From Fibrobacterota bacterium (GTDB lineage Bacteria; Fibrobacterota; Fibrobacteria; UBA11236), in contig JAYUVP010000065.1 of NCBI GenBank assembly GCA_043753995.1, forward strand, positions 1 to 42,416: a DNA stretch of 42,416 nucleotides, given 5' to 3'. This document shows positions 35,666 through 42,416 of this stretch, piece by piece (position 1 is the first letter of the stretch; the number at the start of each line of letters is the position of its first letter). The notes below the pieces were generated by a model. It was not told where the DNA came from. It worked only from the letters and a program-made list of their open reading frames with translations, and did not search any database. A program made the translations under genes and the position numbers.

Positions 35666-36163
35666 CAGCTGAATTTCCTTGATGTAAATAGTTCGAGCAC
35701 ACCAGTACGAATAAAAACGCCCATGCGTTTTGCCGATTGCGAATAGATATCCGCAAAAAGCATACCTAGGTTCACGAGCTTTTCATTGCCCGGGGACTCG
35801 GAATTTTTACACTGAGCGCGAACTCTTCGAACTGAAAACCAAAACTATTCTAAAACCCCCAAAATATCAAGCCACGCTCAAGTTTGCCGCATTTTGGGCA
35901 TTTGCTGGCGGGACCAACAAGGACATTGCGCCGCGCTACTGGACTCTCATTTTTGGACCTTACCCGTATTATGAAGTCGCAGAATGCTCTCCGCGGTTTA
36001 TAGACTCTGGTTTCTTTTCCATGTGGCTCGATCTTCGCTCAACTTAAAATTTGATAAATCAATTGTTTCTATGATCAAATTCTGATTAGTATGGCCGTTA
36101 ATATTAACTGTATCGTTTCCTCCGTCTTCAACATCGAAATGCATTTCCGCGAAGCAATGCGAT

Positions 36164-36258
36164 GGGGAAGGCGAGGCAGACAATGGCGGCGGGGGAAGTC
36201 GGGCCGAGCCTGGGGGGCGCTTGGGAAGCCCGGAACGAGCGGCGGAGCCCCCCCCGGG
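36164..36258 (+). repeat. Dispersed structured intergenic repeat, copy 5
   Basis: Same core (GGGGAAGGCGAGGCAGACAA...GGCCGAGCCTGGGGGG...GAGCCCCCC); the 5' TTCG hairpin is replaced. Confidence 0.9.
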
Positions 36259-36319
36259 ATTGTTCCGGCGGATCGCCCGATTTGCTTGTCTAAGCGGTCC
36301 CATCCCTGGGATCAAGAGG

Positions 36320-36466
36320 CGGGATCAGATTCCCAACGGAGCCTTGGATCGGGCCTTTACGGTTGTACCGAAACCTCGGCAAAACGAGATCCTTGTCTAT
36401 GGAGCCTTGCAGGACTAGCAGCACACCCTTAGCGTCTGCCAAATCCTGGGGCCTTCCGGCGAAATG
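36320..36466 (-). pseudogene. Possible C-terminal fragment of a nucleotidyltransferase (DUF6036/AbiEii-like)
   Basis: FAGRPQDLADAKGVL...IDKDLV resembles the AGRxQDxxD C-terminal motif; the continuation appears frameshifted. Confidence 0.4.
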
Positions 36467-36546
36467 TCTACGCTTGCGCCCGGATTCACGTCTAACCTTC
36501 ATTCCGATTTGGAAGACGTTTATTAACCCGAATGATCCGATAGGCT

Positions 36547-37347
36547 ATGGTCACGAAAAAACTCCTGAATGCGATTTTGGTTTTATGCTTGGCCGGGTGC
36601 GCGGTGCCGGGTCCATCCTTTCTGCAAACCGCAAGCACCTTGCCTCGCGGAGGCGTCCGATTGCAGATGGGGGTGGGAACGGGCCTTCATTTTGAAGAGA
36701 CGGCTTACCGAAAATTGAGTCCCGCCCAAATTCAAACGGGCGGAGAACCCAATAAGGATCAAGCTTATCAGCGTGATTTTATCATCAAGCCGAATATCGT
36801 CAATTTGTTCTACCTCGGGAATGCGGTTGTCTATGGCGCCTATGGCTTTTGGGATGGATGGGAGGCGAATGGATCGCTATTCGTAAGCCTGGCCTCGGCA
36901 GGTGGGCGCCTAGCGATCAAATCCCGCCTCTATCAGGATGCAACTTATGCACTGTCGATCAATCCGGGAATACTGGCGGCTTATTCGCATGGCGGGAAAT
37001 CACCCGATGAGGAGGACAAAACAGGTCAAGATTCTTTTCTGCAATATCTCCTCAATGACAAGCGGGTTTTGGGGTTGGAATTGCCGCTGCTTGCTTCGGT
37101 GACTTCGGGCAAATGGATCTATACGGCTATCCCTTCCCTCGCCTATTATGACATCGACATTTCGAAGGGCTTTGCGCCCACTGTAAGAGGCGCCTCCGGT
37201 GTTTTGGGCGCAGGGCTGGGTTTCTCCTTGCGACTACGCCTGAAGAAAGCCCGGTTTGGGCCTGAGATTTCACTTTCTGCTTTGGATCTCATGCACGAAC
37301 CGATCGTGAATGCGAACTATGGTTTTGGCGGGGGGATAGAGTTTTAA
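36547..37347 (+). CDS. Lipoprotein / putative outer-membrane beta-barrel
   Basis: Lipobox LAGC, amphipathic Gly/aromatic-rich strands, C-terminal GIEF. Confidence 0.62.
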   Translation: MVTKKLLNAILVLCLAGCAVPGPSFLQTASTLPRGGVRLQMGVGTGLHFEETAYRKLSPAQIQTGGEPNKDQAYQRDFIIKPNIVNLFYLGNAVVYGAYGFWDGWEANGSLFVSLASAGGRLAIKSRLYQDATYALSINPGILAAYSHGGKSPDEEDKTGQDSFLQYLLNDKRVLGLELPLLASVTSGKWIYTAIPSLAYYDIDISKGFAPTVRGASGVLGAGLGFSLRLRLKKARFGPEISLSALDLMHEPIVNANYGFGGGIEF

Positions 37348-37425
37348 CGGGCCTTCGGGTAATCGTTGAAGACGATATTTCCGTCACAACCCATTCCTAT
37401 GTTCTCTATCCATGTGGAGGTTCCC

Positions 37426-38604
37426 ATGTTCGGTCGTGCTCCTATCGTTTCTTCGCTTCTGATTATCGTCATGGGCTGCAATATCGCCCGCTCCCAATCG
37501 CAAATCAAATTCACCAACGCTTATCCCGGGACGAAGTTCGACCGGCCGCTCTACTTCGGGCCTTTCCCGGGCCGCCCCAAGACCAATGTGGTTCTGGAGC
37601 AACATACGGGAAACGCCCTGATCCTCTATCAGAAATCCGACGGCTCGACGGCGAAAGATACCTTGTACCACGCCTCGGTGAATAGCACCGAGAGCGAAAT
37701 GGGATTGCTTGGAATTGCCTTCCATCCCGATTTCAATTTGAATCACAAGTATTACATCAGTTACAATCCGCCGGGTACCCCTTACCGCGACATCGTCGAG
37801 GAGCGCATCGCCGATGCCACGGGCATGAAAGACTCGGGGGCCAAGGGCCGCATCCTCATCAACATCAATGATCCGTATGCCAATCATAATGGCGGCACCC
37901 TCGGGTTCGGGCCCAAGGATGGCTTTCTTTATTACGGCGTCGGTGATGGGGGCTCAGGCAACGACCCCAACTCGAATGCGCAGAACAAGTATTCGTGGCT
38001 GGGCAAGATGCATCGCATAGACGTGAACGCCAAGGATGCGAACCTGGAATACCGCATACCCCCGGATAACCCTTTCGCCAAGGGAGGCGGCCGCCCCGAG
38101 GTTTACGCCTATGGGCTGCGTAATCCGTGGAAGTGGAGCTTTGACGCGCTGACCGGCGAACTATGGGCCGCCGACGTAGGCCAGGACAATGTGGAAGAAG
38201 TGAATATCCTGGTCAAGGGCGGAAATTATGGTTGGAGGGTTTTGGAGGGCAATCGGGAAACGTCCTTGGGGAAAAAGGATCCGTCCATGATTCCGCCTGT
38301 GTTCACTTACGACCATGCCATGGGTAGCTGCATCATCGGCGGAGTGGTTTTTCGGGCCAATCCTGCTTCGAAGTTTTACGGTAGCTATTTCGTTACCGAC
38401 ATGAACACCAGGCGAATCTGGGCCTTAAAAGGTAACTCGGCCGGTACCGTAACGGCCACCTCACTTAACGGTTATGAGACGGGGTTCTCGTCGTTCGGGA
38501 CCGATGCCGAAGGAAACCTATACGCATGCGCCATGGGGATGGGGGTCATTTACCTCCTGGGCGGCCCAGACTTGACCCCCACGAAGGCCGTATCTCCTCG
38601 GTGA
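37426..38604 (+). CDS. PQQ-dependent glucose/sorbosone dehydrogenase family protein
   Basis: GLLGIAFHPDF, NHNGG, GDGG, YAYGLRNPW, DVGQ and GGNYGW motifs; GGAGG RBS. Confidence 0.92.
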   Translation: MFGRAPIVSSLLIIVMGCNIARSQSQIKFTNAYPGTKFDRPLYFGPFPGRPKTNVVLEQHTGNALILYQKSDGSTAKDTLYHASVNSTESEMGLLGIAFHPDFNLNHKYYISYNPPGTPYRDIVEERIADATGMKDSGAKGRILININDPYANHNGGTLGFGPKDGFLYYGVGDGGSGNDPNSNAQNKYSWLGKMHRIDVNAKDANLEYRIPPDNPFAKGGGRPEVYAYGLRNPWKWSFDALTGELWAADVGQDNVEEVNILVKGGNYGWRVLEGNRETSLGKKDPSMIPPVFTYDHAMGSCIIGGVVFRANPASKFYGSYFVTDMNTRRIWALKGNSAGTVTATSLNGYETGFSSFGTDAEGNLYACAMGMGVIYLLGGPDLTPTKAVSPR

Positions 38605-38811
38605 ACCCCGTGGTCTAGACAGAATTCTTCCCATCACCCGAAATATTTACGGGTCCCCCGATCGAACATAATATCCACCAGAGTCGAGCAGTGATTTTCA
38701 TCACCGCTCTCTAAAGTTATTTGAATGGTTACGGATCGAAAGATCCATGAATCTAAGGCGAGGTTGGAGTCCCGGAGGAGGAGTCCTAAATCGTCAGGAT
38801 GGGTTCAAACC

Positions 38812-39771
38812 ATGACTCCTAAGACAAATAATCCTGCCCCTTTTTTTTCGGTGATCATTCCTGTTTACAACGGGCTTCCCTACCTTTCCATTTCCCTGCA
38901 AAGCCTGCTCGACCAATCACTCGGGGATTGGGAGGCCCTGGTCGTGGACGATCAAAGCACCGATGCGACCCCGCAGCTTGTCCAGGATTTCCAAAGCCGG
39001 AACCCGTGGGCCAGGATTGAATACTTCCGCATGCCGTTCAAGAAGGGCATTTCACCCGGTCGGGTACGAAACTATGGAATCGGTCGCGCCCGGGGACAAT
39101 GGATTTCCTTTCTCGACCATGATGATCAGTGGCACCCCACCCGCCTCGAGAAACACCATAAGATCATCGTATCCGACCCATCCGTAGCATTGATTCACAG
39201 CGACGAATGGCTCATCGATAATACCGGGGCGTTTTTAAACGACGGGCGGGGGCGGATCGAGTCCCGTCCCACACTGGACCCGGGCAGCCTTTCAGGAAAC
39301 TGTTTTGCGACTTTGTTCCACGGGAACCCGATCGGCATGAGTTGCGTGAGCGTGAAACGCGCGGTATTGGAATCCGTCGGCGCTTTCGATGAGGAAATCC
39401 TTTCCGAGGACTATGATCTTTGGTTGCGCATGTCCATCGGCAGGAATTTCCATTATATCCCGGAGCCCCTGAGCAGGTATCGAATTCACGCTGGCAATAT
39501 CAGCAAAAAAAGGATTGTCATACTTGAAGGCGAGGCAAGGGTCATCTCGAAAATCTGTCGCAGCCATCCCAAGGCGGTAGCCGGGCTTCCCCCCGGGGCC
39601 AGGAATGCCCGCCTTTTTTATTTGTGCCGATTACTGGCCACTAATTATCAGCAAGCCAGCGAGCCGGGGAAATCGCGCGCCAGTCTCATTCGGGCCTTAA
39701 TTGAAAAGCCTTCCAGCCTCGGTACCTGGGCGCGGATCCTGCTTCCAGGCCCGCTTAAACCCGCCGATTGA
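38812..39771 (+). CDS. Glycosyltransferase family 2
   Basis: SVIIPVYN, VVDDQSTD, RNYG, FLDHDD and EDYDLWLR motifs. Confidence 0.93.
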   Translation: MTPKTNNPAPFFSVIIPVYNGLPYLSISLQSLLDQSLGDWEALVVDDQSTDATPQLVQDFQSRNPWARIEYFRMPFKKGISPGRVRNYGIGRARGQWISFLDHDDQWHPTRLEKHHKIIVSDPSVALIHSDEWLIDNTGAFLNDGRGRIESRPTLDPGSLSGNCFATLFHGNPIGMSCVSVKRAVLESVGAFDEEILSEDYDLWLRMSIGRNFHYIPEPLSRYRIHAGNISKKRIVILEGEARVISKICRSHPKAVAGLPPGARNARLFYLCRLLATNYQQASEPGKSRASLIRALIEKPSSLGTWARILLPGPLKPAD

Positions 39772-39826
39772 GAAACCCGGAAACGGGGTATTCGTATATA
39801 CTGGATGCAGTACGGGAGAGTCGCTC

Positions 39827-41842
39827 ATGCAAAAGGAAAATCAAGGTGGATGGACCACAAGCACCTTACTTGCGTGGGCGCTTTGCGTCCTGCCCCTCTG
39901 CACGGAAACATTCGCAGCGTGGGAGAAAATCGCGCCGCATCCGGGGGGCAATGTCTCGGAATTCCTTGTGGCGGGAAATAGGAAGTTTATCCTGACTGCG
40001 GCGGGTGTTCATGTGCGCGACCCCGGCCAAGCTTCCTGGTCTCTTCTCGATTTGCCCTGCAAATCCCACGTGGACGAATTGCATAGCTCCGGAAACGCGA
40101 TACTCGCGAACTCCTATGAAGGCAAGCCTTGTCTCAGCCGGGATGGGGGAAAGACTTGGAAAGCCCTCGATTCCGGGCCCATCAAACCTAGTCCTGGGGT
40201 TCCAGTTCTTGGTATGGTCCGTCATTTCGGGCCTCAAGGACTTTATGTGGTGGCACTCGATACGGATTTTGTCCTGTTCAGGTCTCCCGACACCGGGCGA
40301 ACCTGGATAAGACTTAGGCCAGCTCCCGACATCCTCAGCCTAGTTCCTACCGGAGCGGATTTCCTCCTATCTAACCAGGATGGAGGGGTCTACCGGATGG
40401 ATCCGGTTACTGGGCAACTCACCTCCGCCTCAGAAGGCTTGGCGCCAACACAGAGTCATTCGTATCAAATCATCGGAAGGGACCCGGGAATCATTTTAGC
40501 TAGCACCGGAGAGGAGGGGAAGGGCATTTACCGTTACCTGCGATCTTCTAATCGGTGGGAATTACTGATTCCTGAATTCGTTCAATTCTTTCCCTTGACC
40601 GCCAATGATGGCTCCAGGGTCTTTCTGCTTGTATCTGACAAATCCGGATCCACTAAGCTATGGCATTCGACTGATGGAGGGGGCTCATGGCAACAAAAGG
40701 TCTTTACCGGGGATGCTCCATCCAGAATCTGGGCAGAAGCCGATACCCTCATCTACGGATACTGGGGTGTACCCTTGGTCAGAAGGGAATGGGGATCCCA
40801 GACCGAAGTCATTTGGGATCAGGGAATCTATGCCAACCTGATACATCAATTGCGGTTGTACGGCAAAACCCTGTATATCGACGGCGACAATTTCCCTGGT
40901 TACCGACGGACGCGGGATCGTGGGAAGACTTGGGAAGCCCCGATGGATTCCACGATCTACGAGCACCTTCATATCACCGGCAACCAGGTTTACGTGAGTG
41001 GAGCCGGATACCTGGATAGGCTAGATCCGGTGGGACTAGGCCGTCACAAGATGCCCTTCCCAACCCTGGAACAGCCTATCTACAAACTCATGGATGCCGG
41101 TGATTATTTCTACGCCATTTCAAGTTTACCCCTTGAGCCTAGGAAGTGGCTGCCCGTGCTTTACTCGGCGTCCAAGAGCAAGCTCACCTGGGGAGACAGT
41201 AGGGAGCTCCCATTCCCCAATGTGATTACCATCGCTGCAGCTAGTGAAACCTTGGCGGCCACCTACGGGGATAGTCTTGCCTTCAGCAAGGATGGCGGAA
41301 AAACATGGTCCCGCATTTCCCCTCCACTTCCTAGGAGAGCGAACTCCGACCCTCAAAATGGGTCGAAGAATTACCATGTCCATTGGGAAGCTGGCCTATG
41401 GACGCTCTGGGATGGTGTGGAGCTGTTCCATGCCACCGATCCGGAAGGAGTTTGGAGCCGGATGCAGGCGCCCCTTGATACCATCCTGAATTACCGCATT
41501 TCGGGAACGCGTGTACTGGTGGACAACTATAAGGACGCATTCCATCTTTCCTCGGATCAGGGTCGTACTTGGCAGGCAGTCCCACTCCCAATGCTCCGTA
41601 CCCAGATTTTCGATTTTGCCCTTTCCGATAGCATGGTTTGTGTGACGGGATATACAAATACACAATGCCAGGAATTGGATCCTCTACCTGTGGTTGCCGT
41701 TGCGCAAAAAGCCCGTATTTCCAAAGACTACCCGCCCTTTCTCAGGCGGTCGGGCCGATTTGTGATCCGCAATCCGCACTATCCACACCGAAACGCCTTC
41801 CTAAAGGTGGACGGCCGGGCGCTAGCCCTCCCACGTCCCTGA
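39827..41842 (+). CDS. Secreted BNR/Asp-box beta-propeller protein
   Basis: Signal peptide; repeated S.D.G.(T/S)W boxes (SRDGGKTW, SPDTGRTW, STDGGGSW, SKDGGKTW, SSDQGRTW); tail ends KVDGR. Confidence 0.8.
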   Translation: MQKENQGGWTTSTLLAWALCVLPLCTETFAAWEKIAPHPGGNVSEFLVAGNRKFILTAAGVHVRDPGQASWSLLDLPCKSHVDELHSSGNAILANSYEGKPCLSRDGGKTWKALDSGPIKPSPGVPVLGMVRHFGPQGLYVVALDTDFVLFRSPDTGRTWIRLRPAPDILSLVPTGADFLLSNQDGGVYRMDPVTGQLTSASEGLAPTQSHSYQIIGRDPGIILASTGEEGKGIYRYLRSSNRWELLIPEFVQFFPLTANDGSRVFLLVSDKSGSTKLWHSTDGGGSWQQKVFTGDAPSRIWAEADTLIYGYWGVPLVRREWGSQTEVIWDQGIYANLIHQLRLYGKTLYIDGDNFPGYRRTRDRGKTWEAPMDSTIYEHLHITGNQVYVSGAGYLDRLDPVGLGRHKMPFPTLEQPIYKLMDAGDYFYAISSLPLEPRKWLPVLYSASKSKLTWGDSRELPFPNVITIAAASETLAATYGDSLAFSKDGGKTWSRISPPLPRRANSDPQNGSKNYHVHWEAGLWTLWDGVELFHATDPEGVWSRMQAPLDTILNYRISGTRVLVDNYKDAFHLSSDQGRTWQAVPLPMLRTQIFDFALSDSMVCVTGYTNTQCQELDPLPVVAVAQKARISKDYPPFLRRSGRFVIRNPHYPHRNAFLKVDGRALALPRP

Positions 41843-41946
41843 GCGCGGTCTACGGCCACTTTCAAAGTCTGGGCATTATGTTTTCAGTATCGGGATGGCG
41901 GCAGTAAGCTGGCAACCAGGTCCGTCACACCTCTAAGGGACTAATC

Positions 41947-42414
41947 ATGGATACCAAACCTCCCATTCCACCCTTTACAACCGAAACCGCCACTCAAAAA
42001 GTGCGCATGGCTGAAGATGCTTGGAATACTCGCGATCCCGATCGTGTCGTGCTTGTTTACACAGAAGACACGAGATGGCGTAACCGTGTCGAATTTCCTG
42101 TCGGACGAGAAGAGGTGCGTAAGTTCCTTGTCCGCAAATGGGCCAAAGAGTTGGACTATCGATTAATCAAGGAGTTGTGGGGATGCTCAGGGAGTCGCAT
42201 CGCAGTGCGCTTCGCTTACGAATACCACGATGATTCTGGCCAGTGGTTCCGCGCTTACGGGAACGAAAACTGGGAGTTCAATGACCAAGGTTTCATGATG
42301 CGCCGCTTCGCCAGCATCAACGAACTTCCAATCAAGGAATCGGAACGGAAATTCTTCTGGCCTCTCGGTCGCCGCCCAGACGAGCACGCGGGACTGAGTG
42401 ATCTTGGGCTCTGA
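41947..42414 (+). CDS. DUF1348 / SnoaL-like protein
   Basis: PPFT.ETA.QKVR.AEDAWN and [11 protein letters not shown]...RIAVRFAYE...YGNENWEF motifs. Confidence 0.93.
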   Translation: MDTKPPIPPFTTETATQKVRMAEDAWNTRDPDRVVLVYTEDTRWRNRVEFPVGREEVRKFLVRKWAKELDYRLIKELWGCSGSRIAVRFAYEYHDDSGQWFRAYGNENWEFNDQGFMMRRFASINELPIKESERKFFWPLGRRPDEHAGLSDLGL

Positions 42415-42416
42415 GG

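Noticed and set aside
2575..36258. Five-copy repeat read as a CRISPR array, terminator or known ribozyme
   Set aside because: The copies are dispersed, not tandem. Orientation is independent of flanking genes and there is no U-tract. I could not find hammerhead, HDV-like or group II intron domain V consensus motifs.
35730..36432. Short overlapping ORFs around repeat copy 5, and similar ones across copies 1-4
   Set aside because: Their shared peptide motifs (such as SASPSP and GRAWG) are just translations of the non-coding repeat.

Overview
Bacterial chromosomal window, probably from a Fibrobacterota-like soil or sediment organism. That assignment is an inference from the many secreted proteins with T9SS-like or short DxxGR C-terminal tails and a cheX-type chemotaxis operon. 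Recognisable genes are a cheX-cheY-cheA-cheW-mcp-cheB-cheR operon, an old yellow enzyme, an Eis-like acetyltransferase, an ornithine decarboxylase, an NNMT-like methyltransferase, an animal-type protein-arginine deiminase, several secreted beta-propeller or hydrolase proteins and a GT2. No rRNA, tRNA, CRISPR array, integrase or transposase was seen. The most unusual items are: (1) an orphan, signal-peptide-bearing protein made of two tandem phage tail-tube (gp19/Afp1-like) domains; (2) a three-gene secreted cluster with an AB5-toxin-B-like protein and a GH20-like barrel carrying a hydrophobic insertion; (3) a structured ~110 bp intergenic repeat in five co-oriented copies, often beside decayed genes; (4) an integron attC site with an AT-rich cassette but no integrase; (5) a Nal1-like protease followed by a free copy of its own prodomain; (6) a decarboxylase, N-methyltransferase and SMR-like trio. 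All family calls come from motif recognition by eye, not from database searches.
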